64,000 bases of DNA from Eledone cirrhosa (GCA_964016885.1 OZ024751.1:6014001-6078000); one strand, 5' to 3'; counted from the stretch's first letter, positions 26,868 through 40,504 are shown. Numbers and translations: made by a program. The notes: a model not told the origin generated them from the letters alone.

Positions 26868-29800
26868 TTCCTTGAATCTCAGTCATTGATGTTGGTTAAC
26901 TGGAAAGTCCGTTGGATTGAATATCAAGCCACTACCTGCAGCCTCAGATATTCAGGACGTATCGGAGGGTTCTTGCTGTTCCAAGCAAGCATGCCTTTTG
27001 AAGCGTTCCAAAAAGCGTGAAGGGGCCGATTTTCTTTAACCATCCCTGGAAACCTTTGGAGATAGTCCCCAGTGCGCCTATGACAATCGGGATCACTTTG
27101 ACTTCATGGCAGTTCCAAATCCTTTTCACCTCCCACTTTAGGTCCTGGTATCGGTTAATTTTCTCCCTCTCCTTCTCTTGCACTCTCGTGTCGAACGGGC
27201 AGGCCACATCCACAATCAGGCACGATCTTTTTTCTTTGTCCACAACCACCAGGTCAGGTCTATTGTGTTCCAGTTTTTTGTCCGTCTGTATCCTAAAATC
27301 CCACAGCACCTTCACCTGACTGTTCTCCATCACCGCCTCTGGCCTATGCTCATACCATTTCTCAGAATGTGGTAGATTGTTTACTTTGCACAGGTGCCAG
27401 TGGATCACCCTGCCCATCACATCGTGTCTCCAGCCCTTATAGTGGGTCTGGGCTAGGTGTTTACACTCGGACACAATGTGAGCCACAGTCTCCTCTCTCT
27501 CTCCACAGATCCTGCACAGTGGGCTAGCCTCCTCCTTGTAGATATGGTGCTTCAACCACTTCGTTTTGAGGGCCTGCTCCTGCGCAGCCATTAGCATTCC
27601 TTCTGTAGCCTTTTTGAGGTCTCCTCTTCTCAACCAGTTCCATGTCTGTGGATCTCTAAATTCAGTTTTCTCAAAGAAGGTACTATGAAGGGATTTTCCC
27701 TTAAGGCTGCTCTTCCTCCTTGATGTTATTTCCTCCTTGGATATCCCCTGGCCTACTGTCCCCTCCTTCAGTACAGCTCTGAGCATTGGCTCCTTACTAT
27801 AGGTCACGTATTTGTATAGGTTGTTTTTCTCCATCTGAACACAGTCCTCTATGCTGATAAGACCTCTTCCACCCTCAGATCTCCTTAGGTAAAGTCTATC
27901 GACATCACTCCTCTTGTGGAACATGTTGTAGATAGTCAATATCTTCCTAGTCTTCCTATCCATTTCTTTTTGTTCAGCAACATTCCATCTCAGAATTCCC
28001 GCACTGTACCTAATAATAGACACAGCTCGGGAATTTACTGCGCTTATGGCATTTCTGCTGTTCAGATGTGACTTCAATACGCTCCTTACTCTCCGAATGT
28101 ATTCAGTTCTTAACAATTCCTTCATTTTTTTGTTCTTTATGCCATCAGCCTCCAGAACGCCCAAATACTTGTATCCTTCCTCAGAGTCAATTTCCTTTAT
28201 CATCTCACCTGTTGGTACCTGGATTCCGTTGCTTCTGCTCAATTTAGCCCACTTCATCACAAGGTCTCCACACTTACTAATACCAAATTGCATACATATA
28301 TCATTGCTGAAAATACGGAGAGTGTCAACAAGCACATCCAACTCCTTCTCACTCTTCCCGAAGAGCTTAAGATCGTCCATGAAGATGAGGTGATTGATGG
28401 TAAGCTCTCCATTTCCCAACTTGTATCCTGCTCTTACTTTTCGCAGTATAATGGTCAGGGGCATCAGGGCAAGGACAAACAACAGAGGGGACAGACTATC
28501 TCCCTGGAAAATACCTATCTTGATCTTCACGCCTCCCAAGGATTCTCCAGCTGATGTTAACTCTGTTTTCCAAGACTCCATACTTTTGCCCAGCAACTGT
28601 CTGATGTTATCTGCCACCCTGAAGATCTCCAGGCTTTTGGTGATCCAGGAATGAGGCACCATGTCAAATGCCTTTCTGTAGTCTATCCATCCCATGGCAA
28701 GATCAGTGTGTCTCCTCCTGCAATTCCCCATTACCATCTTATCAATAAGCAACTGGTCCTTTGTACCACGTGACTTCTTTCGGCATCCTTTCTGTTCGTC
28801 CGGTAACAAGTTGTTTGTGTGGAGGTGATGGTAGATTTCCTCAGACACAATGCTCGTCAACAGTTTCCACATTACGGGCAGACATGTGATAGGTCTATAG
28901 TTGGTAACATCATTACCCTTGATTCGGTCTTTCATTATCAGAACTGTGGTACCTTTTGTCAACCACTCTGGCACCTCACCCGACATCAAGCAGTCATTGA
29001 ACATGGCCGTCAGCTTCGGGTGGAGGGATGTTAAATGTTTAATCCAATACCCCTGCACACCATCTGGGCCTGGTGATTTCCAGTTGGTTAGTTTTTTGGC
29101 TTGCCCCTTAAGAGTTTCAACTGTGATACTCAAATCAGTCTGTTGTTGTGCCTGCTCACCGATCTCCCTCTGTACTGTCTCAATCCACCCTGCCTGGGCA
29201 TTGTGTCTAACATCCTGCTCCCATATTCCTCTCCAGAATGTTTTAGCTTGTTCCGCCCCAGGGATCAAGTCGTTGCCTCTTTCTTTCCCCTCAAGCTGTC
29301 CAAACAGCATCTTCTGGTTGTTGTCGAACATGCGGTTCTGTTTATACTGACTGACTCTGTTCTCGTATCGCCTGATTTTGGCACTCTTTGCTACAATGCG
29401 TTGCTTCAATTCCTCTATGATAATATTTAGCTTTTTACTCCTAGTTTTGTATTTTATTTCCAGTCTATTTTTAGTGCCTATGTTTTTTAGTGTCCCATTC
29501 AGTAGTGACTCAAGCTTTCCTATGTCATTTCTCATTTCCCCGATTTGCCCACTCAGTCGCTTCTTCCACCACGGCTCTGCTCTTTCTTGTCTGTTGTTTC
29601 CTCTCGCTTTTATACCAAGTAGTTTCCTCACCGTATTTGCTGTTGCTCTGAGGATATTGTTGCACTGGTGAAGGCTCCTCGCCTCAAGGTATGGGATGAC
29701 TTTGTTTACCTTAGCTGTTGTTTCTTTTAACTTTTTCCTGTCTACAAATCTTAGGTTCATAGGTCTCCCACTATCATTGTTCAATTCATCTACCACTAAA

Positions 29801-30785
29801 TTTAGGATGTCAACCGAATCTTGTCCTAGCCCGTCAGCATTCATCTCCTCAGTGGCCGTATCTCTGTTCCAGGTATTATTTATCTCAGTATTCAGATCAT
29901 TGTCTGCTTCGGGTGGTTCCTCCGTTCTCAGGACCTCCTCACCTTCATTTCCCGCCGGCTCGCTTGTCTGGCATACTACACCCGCCATCTCCAAGCCATT
30001 CTCTCTGCTCAGTTCCTCCAGTTCCAGCTCGCTTATCCACCCATTAGTTCTTATTACCCGAGCCTGCCCGGCCAATTTTTGTTCATCTAATTTAAATAAA
30101 CCAATCTCGTTCCAGATGTTATGCATCCGTCTCCTGTAGCCCCTCTCCTTGGGGTTACTTTTCAGGTAGCATTGCATAACAGTTCTATTCAATTCTTTCG
30201 TCCAGTTGGTTCTGGCCCCTTTCCTTCTTCTTCTTCCTCCAACATCAGCAGTATTTGGTTGACAGTCAGGTTCCTGCTGCTGAGCCAGGGGGCACCTGTT
30301 GGGTGAGAGTCTGTCACATGACGTTCTAGTCTCCATTTCACCGTTATTCGAACTGTTTATGTTCGATATTTAAACACTCTTATCGAGGATTGGCGAATGT
30401 ATGTTTACATAGCCATCTGTGGATCCGCCATCCCACTTGGCCCTTGTGTGGCATTATCACCACGCTGTATACGAACACACATAAACAAACAAACACACGG
30501 GCAGAAAGGGCCCCAAAAATGAATAAGCATAAGTTTCATTGTAATGTAGTATTCGAATGTCTGACTTAGTTTTTGTTTTTTAAGTTTTACTTTTTCCCCC
30601 CTCTTCTCTGTCCGTCCGCCTGCCTCTCTCTTCATTCTTATTTTCTTTACGTTTTTGGGGTTTCTTTTTTTTTGTTTTTGTTTTTCTCTGTTTGTTTTTC
30701 TCGTTTTTTGCTGTTGTTGCTGTGCTGCTTTGGTTTTGTTGTTTGTTTTTTCTTTTTTCTTTTGAGTCTATCTATATATTTTGAT
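26868..30785 (-). mobile_element. R4/Dong-like RT-RLE element, family A copy 2, full-length, flanked by (ATT)n
   Basis: About 450-bp 5'UTR, single long ORF, about 75-bp 3'UTR, ATT repeats on both sides. Confidence 0.93.
26944..30336 (-). CDS. Reverse transcriptase + CCHC + restriction-like endonuclease polyprotein (R4/Dong clade), 1130 aa, open
   Basis: [69 protein letters not shown]. Confidence 0.95.
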   Translation of the reverse strand: METRTSCDRLSPNRCPLAQQQEPDCQPNTADVGGRRRRKGARTNWTKELNRTVMQCYLKSNPKERGYRRRMHNIWNEIGLFKLDEQKLAGQARVIRTNGWISELELEELSRENGLEMAGVVCQTSEPAGNEGEEVLRTEEPPEADNDLNTEINNTWNRDTATEEMNADGLGQDSVDILNLVVDELNNDSGRPMNLRFVDRKKLKETTAKVNKVIPYLEARSLHQCNNILRATANTVRKLLGIKARGNNRQERAEPWWKKRLSGQIGEMRNDIGKLESLLNGTLKNIGTKNRLEIKYKTRSKKLNIIIEELKQRIVAKSAKIRRYENRVSQYKQNRMFDNNQKMLFGQLEGKERGNDLIPGAEQAKTFWRGIWEQDVRHNAQAGWIETVQREIGEQAQQQTDLSITVETLKGQAKKLTNWKSPGPDGVQGYWIKHLTSLHPKLTAMFNDCLMSGEVPEWLTKGTTVLIMKDRIKGNDVTNYRPITCLPVMWKLLTSIVSEEIYHHLHTNNLLPDEQKGCRKKSRGTKDQLLIDKMVMGNCRRRHTDLAMGWIDYRKAFDMVPHSWITKSLEIFRVADNIRQLLGKSMESWKTELTSAGESLGGVKIKIGIFQGDSLSPLLFVLALMPLTIILRKVRAGYKLGNGELTINHLIFMDDLKLFGKSEKELDVLVDTLRIFSNDICMQFGISKCGDLVMKWAKLSRSNGIQVPTGEMIKEIDSEEGYKYLGVLEADGIKNKKMKELLRTEYIRRVRSVLKSHLNSRNAISAVNSRAVSIIRYSAGILRWNVAEQKEMDRKTRKILTIYNMFHKRSDVDRLYLRRSEGGRGLISIEDCVQMEKNNLYKYVTYSKEPMLRAVLKEGTVGQGISKEEITSRRKSSLKGKSLHSTFFEKTEFRDPQTWNWLRRGDLKKATEGMLMAAQEQALKTKWLKHHIYKEEASPLCRICGEREETVAHIVSECKHLAQTHYKGWRHDVMGRVIHWHLCKVNNLPHSEKWYEHRPEAVMENSQVKVLWDFRIQTDKKLEHNRPDLVVVDKEKRSCLIVDVACPFDTRVQEKEREKINRYQDLKWEVKRIWNCHEVKVIPIVIGALGTISKGFQGWLKKIGPFTLFGTLQKACLLGTARTLRYVLNI

Positions 30786-30817
30786 TATTATTATTATTAT
30801 TATTATTGTTATTGTTA

Positions 30818-32253
30818 TTCCTTGAATCTCAGTCATTGATGTTGGTTAACTGGAAAGTCCGTTGGATTGAATATCAAGCCACTACCTGCAGCCTCAGATA
30901 TTCAGGACGTATCGGAGGGTTCTTGCTGTTCCAAGCAAGCATGCCTTTTGAAGCGTTCCAAAAAGCGTGAAGGGGCCGATTTTCTTTAACCATCCCTGGA
31001 AACCTTTGGAGATAGTCCCCAGTGCGCCTATGACAATAGGGATCACTTTGACTTCATGGCAGTTCCAAATCCTTTTCACCTCCCACTTTAGGTCCTGGTA
31101 TCGGTTAATTTTCTCCCTCTCCTTCTCTTGCACTCTCGTGTCGAACGGGCAGGCCACATCCACAATCAGGCACGATCTTTTTTCTTTGTCCACAACCACC
31201 AGGTCAGGTCTATTGTGTTCCAGTTTTTTGTCCGTCTGTATCCTAAAATCCCACAGCACCTTCACCTGACTGTTCTCCATCACCGCCTCTGGCCTATGCT
31301 CATACCATTTCTCAGAATGTGGTAGATTGTTTACTTTGCACAGGTGCCAGTGGATCACCCTGCCCATCACATCGTGTCTCCAGCCCTTATAGTGGGTCTG
31401 GGCTAGGTGTTTACACTCGGACACAATGTGAGCCACAGTCTCCTCTCTCTCTCCACAGATCCTGCACAGTGGGCTAGCCTCCTCCTTGTAGATATGGTGC
31501 TTCAACCACTTCGTTTTGAGGGCCTGCTCCTGCGCAGCCATTAGCATTCCTTCTGTAGCCTTTTTGAGGTCTCCTCTTCTCAACCAGTTCCATGTCTGTG
31601 GATCTCTAAATTCAGTTTTCTCAAAGAAGGTACTATGAAGGGATTTTCCCTTAAGGCTGCTCTTCCTCCTTGATGTTATTTCCTCCTTGGATATCCCCTG
31701 GCCTACTGTCCCCTCCTTCAGTACAGCTCTGAGCATTGGCTCCTTACTATAGGTCACGTATTTGTATAGGTTGTTTTTCTCCATCTGAACACAGTCCTCT
31801 ATGCTGATAAGACCTCTTCCACCCTCAGATCTCCTTAGGTAGAGTCTATCGACATCACTCCTCTTGTGGAACATGTTGTAGATAGTCAATATCTTCCTAG
31901 TCTTCCTATCCATTTCTTTTTGTTCAGCAACATTCCATCTCAGAATTCCCGCACTGTACCTAATAATAGACACAGCTCGGGAATTTACTGCGCTTATGGC
32001 ATTTCTGCTGTTCAGATGTGACTTCAATACGCTCCTTACTCTCCGAATGTATTCAGTTCTTAACAATTCCTTCATTTTTTTGTTCTTTATGCCATCAGCC
32101 TCCAGAACGCCCAAATACTTGTATCCTTCCTCAGAGTCAATTTCCTTTATCATCTCACCTGTTGGTATCTGGATCCCGTTACTTCTGCTCAACCTACCCC
32201 TCTTCATCACAATGACTCCACATTTACCAATACCAAACTGCATACATATATCA
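30818..32253 (-). mobile_element. Family A copy 3, 5'-truncated, 449 open codons
   Basis: Almost base-identical to 26868-28210; ORF 30894-32243. Confidence 0.93.
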
Positions 32254-32315
32254 CATATATATCACATATATATCTGCATACATATATCACATATATATCA
32301 CATATATATCACATA

Positions 32316-32358
<43 letters not shown>

Positions 32359-32359
32359 G

Positions 32360-34138
32360 TTCTTTGAGTCTCAGTCATTGATGTTATTTAACTGGAGAGT
32401 TTGTTGAAATGAATATCAAGCCACTACCTGCAGCCTCAGATATTCAGGACGTATCGGAGTGTTCTTGCTGTTCCCGGCAAGCATGCCTTTTGAGTCGTTC
32501 CCAAGAGCGTGGCGGGGCCAATTATCTTTAACCATCCCTGGAAACTTTTTGAGATAGTACCTAGTGCCCCTATGACAATCGGGACCACTTTGACTTCATG
32601 GCAATTCCAAATCCTTTTTACCTCCCACTTTAAATCCTAATATCGGTTAATTTTCTCCCTCTTCTTCACTTGCACTCTCGTGTCGAATGGGCAGGCCTCA
32701 TCCACAATCAGGCACGATCTTTTGTCCTTGTCCAAAACCACCAGGTAAGGTCTATTGTATTCCAGTTTCTTGTCCGTCTGTATCCTAAATTCCCACAGCA
32801 ACTTCACCTGACCGTTTTCTATCACCGACTGTGGTTTATGCTCATACCACTTATCAGAATGTGGTAAATTGTTTACTTTGCATATGTGCCAGTGGATCAC
32901 CCTGCCCATCACATCATGTCTCCAGCCCTTATAGTGAGTCTGGGCTAGGTGTTTACACTCGGACACAATGTGAGCCACAGTCTCCTCCCTCTCTCTCCAC
33001 AGATCCTGCACAGTGCGCTAGCCTCCTCCTTGTAAATATGGTGTTTCAACCACTTCGTTTTGAGGGCCTGCTCTTGCGCAGCCATTAGCATTCCTTCTGT
33101 AGCCTTTTTAAGGTCTCCTCTTTTCAACCAGTTCCATGTCTGTGGATCTCTGAATTCAGTTTTCTCAAAGAAGGTAATATGAAGGGATTTTTCATGAAGT
33201 CTGCTCTTTCTACTCGTTCTTATTTCCTCCTTGGACATGCACTGGTCTATTGTCTTCTCCTTCCGTAAAATTCTGAGCAATGGCTCCTTACTATCAGTTA
33301 CGTATTTGTGGAGGTTGTTTTTCTCCATCTGAACACAGTCCTCTATGCTGATAAGACCTCTTCCACCTTCAGATCTCCTTAAGTAGAGTCTATCGACATC
33401 ACTCCTCTTGTGGAACATGTTGTAGATAGTCAATAGCTTCCTGGTCTTCCTATCCATTTCTTTTTGTTCAGCAACATTCCGTCTCAGAATTCCTGCACTG
33501 TACCTAATGTAGGTGTGACTTTAATACGCTTCTTACTCTCCGAATGTATTCAGATCTTATCAATTCCTTCATTTTTTTGTTCTTGATATCATCAGCTTCC
33601 AGAACACCCAAATACTTCTATCTTTCTTCAGTGTCAGTTTCCTTTATCATCTCACCTGTTGGTACCTGGATTCCGTTGCTTCTGCTCAATTTAGCCCACT
33701 TCATCACAAGGTCTCCACACTTACTAATACCAAATTGCATACATATATCATTGCTGAAAATACGGAGAGTGTCAACAAGCACATCCAACTCCTTCTCACT
33801 CTTCCCGAAGAGCTTAAGATCGTCCATGAAGATGAGGTGATTGATGGTAAGCTCTCCCTTTCCCAACTTGTATCCTGCTCTTACTTTTCGCAGTATAATG
33901 GTCAGGGGCATCAGGGCAAGGACAAACAACAGAGGGGACAGACTATCTCCCTGGAAAATACCTATCTTGATCTTCACGCCTCCCAAGGATTCTCCAGCTG
34001 ATGTTAACTCTGTTTTCCAGGACTCCATACTTTTGCCCAACAACTGTCTGATGTTATCTGCCACCTTGAAGATCTCTAGGCTTTTGGTGATCCAAGAATG
34101 AGGCACCATGTCAAATGCCTTTTTGTAGTCTATCCATC
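32360..34138 (-). mobile_element. Family A copy 4, 5'-truncated, frameshifted
   Basis: ORF fragments 33618-34109, 32945-33457 and 32637-33011 collinear with the 1130-aa ORF; (ATT)n both sides. Confidence 0.92.
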
Positions 34139-34159
34139 ATTATTATTATTATTATTATT

Positions 34160-34410
34160 ATCTGTAAATTAAAGGTGGACAACTGGGAGAGGGCACTTGC
34201 CCTGCTGGCCAGGGTTACTGTCGCCTTTTAATGGGCTTTCTCCACAAATATCCCTCGGAAGCCTCCCCCCTATTGGGGAATTTTTCATTGTTATTTTTAT
34301 TACATCCTCTGTTTTTTTACTCGCAGAAATGCCCATTTGTACCGTCCTGTATTCTCCCGTACTGTCCTTAATATCTACCTTATGTACACCCTTGTGGTTA
34401 ATAAAGAAAG

Positions 34411-34480
<70 letters not shown>
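34160..34480 (+). mobile_element. Tx1-like T1 3'UTR-only insertion with long (ATT)n tail
   Basis: Matches 447-754 (TATCTGTAAA..CCCTTGTGGTTAATAAAGAAA). Confidence 0.85.
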
Positions 34481-34482
<2 letters not shown>

Positions 34483-34514
34483 CATGGATTTATCATTATT
34501 ATCATGATTGATCA

Positions 34515-34730
34515 TTATTCTTGCTTTAGCCAAGATACCTAACACCACAGCCAGTCGTCTTAGGTATCTTATCTTTGTTTCTTTCTCTTCAGTTTATATC
34601 CAATACCTTTCTTATTATCCTAGCGGTTCCACACGAACAAAGAGTTTGTAATATTTCTACTTTAAGTTTCAACTTTAGTTTTATAATTTTTATGTTTTGC
34701 TTTTACACTTGTTTCTACAAGCTGCCCCCA
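34515..34730 (-). mobile_element. 3' fragment of a third RLE-element family
   Basis: Minus strand translates KVEILQTLCSCGTARIIRKVLDIN*, homologous to LQKACLLGTARTLRYVLNI*. Confidence 0.65.
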
Positions 34731-35354
34731 TAAACCTCAAAAGACAGCATGCTCGTCAAAGTTAAGAGGTGATATACAATGATTGGAATATAAAAGACAA
34801 GTTTTAGATTACAAGGTGTAATTGTGTGCATACACTTCAATGCATGTATATTTGTATGTATAAAGTTTATTCTAATGATGGTCACACATACATGCATATA
34901 AATGTATATGTAGGTGTATATATTATATGTATGTGTATATATTACACATTATCTAAAGTACATACGAGTTAAATTTCGTTTTCTTTCCTTTCAAAATTCA
35001 TGTGTGGTATTAAAAAAAAAATTGTATGTATAGAAATAATCTATATTTTGTGTTCTGTAACCTAATATATGAACCAGTAATATTTCTTTGTGGCAAAATA
35101 ACAAAAAAGTTTGCTTTGAACCTCAGTGTATTAAGAATTAACTGAGTAGGGAATTTATTGATTCCTGTACATGATATCGTTAAGAAATTCTGGTTAATTC
35201 ATTTGTATTAAATTTATTGACTTTAGCTTTCAATTAAACATTACAAAGACAGAGACATGTGTGATATTATCGTCATCAACAAAGGTACAGACGTTGATTT
35301 CTTTAGATTGCAGAAAAATAGAGATGGAAAAAAGAAAATACTATATAAAGTTAC

Positions 35355-35450
35355 ATGTATGTATGTATGTATGTATGTATGTATGTATGTATGTATGTAT
35401 GTATGTATGTATGTATGTATGTATGTATCTGTGTATGTATGTATTTTTTG

Positions 35451-35506
<56 letters not shown>

Positions 35507-35733
35507 CATATACATGTATACACATTTAAATACATATATATAGTGAGAGATGAAGAGAGAGAGAGAGAAGGAGAGATGTATATTTGTATATAAATGTGTA
35601 TATATGTATATATGTATATATATGCATATATATATATATATATATATATAAATATCTATCTATCAATCTATATATATACATATAAATATATATATACATA
35701 TAAATAAATATATATAAATATAAATATATATAT

Positions 35734-35804
<71 letters not shown>

Positions 35805-35820
35805 CAAACATACATACATA
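35355..35820. repeat. (TATG)n/(TA)n compound microsatellite
   Basis: Direct reading. Confidence 0.95.
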
Positions 35821-36414
35821 CTGTATTGTAATTATATGTTTTCCTTCTTTCAGTCTTGAAATGATTCCAATTATTTTGTTGTATTTTAATTCATATTTAT
35901 TTTTATATGTTTGATTTACCATTCTGTGATTTTCTGAAGATTCCTCTTTATTCCCCCCTCTCCCATTTGGTTATCTTTTAGTGCTATTCCTCATGATTGG
36001 CGCCATGTTTGTGTCTCAAGTAAAATGTGATCAGGGTCACAAATCGATTTTATTCATCAAAAACTGATAGAAGATTTTTTTCTAAACCTTTTAACTTTAT
36101 GTCGTGTATGTATGTGTGTGTATATCAGTGTATGTATGCGTATCTATTTATAGATATGAATGTATATATGTATGCATATATGCATGTGAGAAAATATCTA
36201 TGTACGCATGTATCAATGTACATATATACAACATTTTAATAAAATACAAGCTCTTCTCACAATCAGTTTACGTGTCTTGGAAGTGGTAAGATGGTAAGAC
36301 GAAACAACAAGAGTTACTACTACTATTACCATCACCAACGCCACCACAATAATAACTACTACTAATAATAATAATATTTCTCCTGCTGCTACTACCACTA
36401 CAAATAATGAAGAT

Positions 36415-36625
36415 TACTGCTTTAGGCACAATACCAGCAATTTTTGGGGAGCGGGAAAGTCGATTAAATTGACATCAGTACGTACTGGTGCTTTTATTTA
36501 TCGAACTTGTAAGGACAAAAGGCAAACTAAACATCTGTGGGATTTGAAATCAAAGCATAAAGGAAGGTAACTATAAATTACAAAGCATATTATCCGAGGC
36601 TCTACCGATACTGCCAATCCACCGG
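36415..36625 (-). mobile_element. Diverged SINE copy
   Basis: Reverse complement gives GGTGGATTGGCAGTATCGGTAGA..TTTGCCTTT..CGATAAATAAAAGCACCAGTA..TTGTGCCTAAA. Confidence 0.7.
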
Positions 36626-36644
36626 CATAATATCGATAATGATT

Positions 36645-36915
36645 ATAAATGGAAGTTAAATCATTCACCATTGTCCAAGTGGTGGTTAGTGATCTTGGCA
36701 TGGTGACAAAGAACCTTGAAAACAAGCTGTTGAAACTACACTTAAACCGCTTCAGAAGTCATGCCTACTAGGAAGATAACGAATATTGAGAAAGGTTGAC
36801 TACCAGCAATATTGGAATGACAAGGACTGATATGAAAAAGTTGGAGTTACTCTAGTTGTAGCCTGGTATTCTCTAAAATATCCGGCCCAAAGCAACATCA
36901 AAATAGTCAAATAAT
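36645..36915 (+). mobile_element. Old 3' fragment of an RLE element
   Basis: Translates WKLKSFTIVQVVVSDLGMVTKNLE..LQKSCLLG..ILRKV across frameshifts; followed by a short AAT tail. Confidence 0.6.
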
Positions 36916-37655
36916 AAGAAGAAGCGAAGCTACATCTATAGTTTGAAAGTGACAAACGCTTTTGAGACACGAAAAGCTACGAATAAATATTTGAATCTAT
37001 TAATCTATCGAAAAGTATGTAGCTTTTTTTTCTGACTTTCCATCTGATGATTGATTACTGTAGAATACCAATAAGTAAACCCCGTTATTACATTGCTTCT
37101 TATGTCACCTACGAAACATAAAAGCAAGAAACAAACACTATTCGTGCTTGTGTAGGCTTAGCAGGTCTCTTACTTCTCTAGACTGTTCTAATGACAAGAA
37201 CACGATTTCACCATAAAAAGCAAAGTCAAATGAGGCATTTTACTCAAGATCCCCAAGTGCCATCTGCTTCAAGTAGTGGATTGTTAACCATTTGGATGCG
37301 AGTCCGAACCTCAAGTCACTAGGCAGGCTGCTTTCCTCCAACTAACATAAATCTATCTCATTAATATTCATATGTTTAGGCCTTCATCAGTCAATCTATG
37401 CACCCGAAAATTCGGGTGGGTGTTACGATTGCAGGTATTTTATATCAGCCTGTACCAGAGACACATTTTCCCCTTCGTAACTCTCTCTTTTCAGTTACAC
37501 AATACCACCTCATATTTACGATACTAACTGTTTAAAAAAACATGTCATTTATTTCCCCCCACAAAATAATCACGATCGATCAACAACTTGTATAACCAAG
37601 GAATATATGTAACTCCATTGTTTCCAGACAAATCCTTAAAGAAGGCGAAGGGAAC

Positions 37656-37711
<56 letters not shown>

Positions 37712-37717
<6 letters not shown>

Positions 37718-38237
37718 GTAAAAGGAAAAGAAAATGCTGACAAATTGTTCCCAGGGAAAAATAGTTTAATTAGGAATAAGTAAAAATTAGTAATAAGTAT
37801 TAAGTAATCAGATTAGATAAGTAATCAGATTAGAGCAAACATCACGGGCACTCTATCTGAAAAATTATTTTTGAAAAGCATTAGAAATGCGCAACCGGTA
37901 AAAACTTAAATCCAAAACTGAATACTAACCAATACTTATTATTAGTGAATTGGCAGTATCGGTAGAGGGTTGGACGCCATGCTTTCTAGCATAGTTACGT
38001 CCCTTTACAGTCTGAGTTCAAATGCCGCCGAAGTTAACTTTGCCTGTTATCCTTACGGGTCGATAACATAAAGTACCAGTAATGTACTGGGTAATTGCTG
38101 GCCTTGTGCCTAACGTAGAAACAATTATTAATTTTTACTTATTCCTAATTAAACTTTTTTTTAATGGGAACAATTTGCAGCATTTTCTTTTCCTTTTACC
38201 AATATATCACAACTCGTGTGTTACACCTCTATTCTTT

Positions 38238-38242
<5 letters not shown>
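37712..38242. repeat. Foldback element in (TA)n with about 95-bp inverted arms, degenerate HHR-like motif and a nested SINE (37944-38128, +)
   Basis: GGTAAAAGGAAAAGAAAATGCTG..GTAAAAATT at 37717 is inverted at 38130-38200; TTGAAAAGCATTAGAAATGCGCAACCGGTA at about 37871-37900. Confidence 0.7.
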
Positions 38243-38282
<40 letters not shown>

Positions 38283-38286
<4 letters not shown>

Positions 38287-38451
38287 CATTGGAAGAACAT
38301 TGGAAGGTAATAGCCGTAGATGTGGAGAACTCAGTCCTTGGGACGAGTTTGGTAGAAGTAGTAACACAACAGTTAGTTCAGCATACCGAGAACAATTATG
38401 CGGTGAAACAATTGTTTTCGGTATGCTGAACTAACTGTTGTGTTACTACTT
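38283..38451. mobile_element. Miniature foldback derivative of the Penelope-like element at 43931
   Basis: Homologous to 43938-44045 and 46812-46860; about 42-bp inverted arms; flanked by (TA)n. Confidence 0.8.
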
Positions 38452-38577
38452 ATATATATATATTATTCAGTTTAGGAAAGCTGATTGATCAGATGCTATG
38501 CGTATAGACACACGCACTCACACACACACACACACGTACACACACACACACATTGACACACTGACACCCCCTCCACG

Positions 38578-38830
<253 letters not shown>

Positions 38831-38873
38831 ATATATATATATACATATTGTTATGTATAGTATATTTGGCAAT

Positions 38874-40165
<1,292 letters not shown>

Positions 40166-40175
40166 TGTATATGTA

Positions 40176-40206
<31 letters not shown>

Positions 40207-40225
40207 ATATATATATGTATATATG

Positions 40226-40272
<47 letters not shown>

Positions 40273-40274
40273 GC

Positions 40275-40504
<230 letters not shown>

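Noticed and set aside
158-34101. Antisense and overlapping ORFs on the LINE copies
   Set aside because: Shadows of retrotransposon coding strands; repeated only because the elements are repeated
35227-35290. Possible 58-nt micro-exon (AG..AAAG/GTACAG)
   Set aside because: Expected by chance in AT-rich DNA; no partner exons identified
37325-37396. Minus-strand CTGATGAAGGCC possible hammerhead
   Set aside because: Could not close stems I and III around a GAAA
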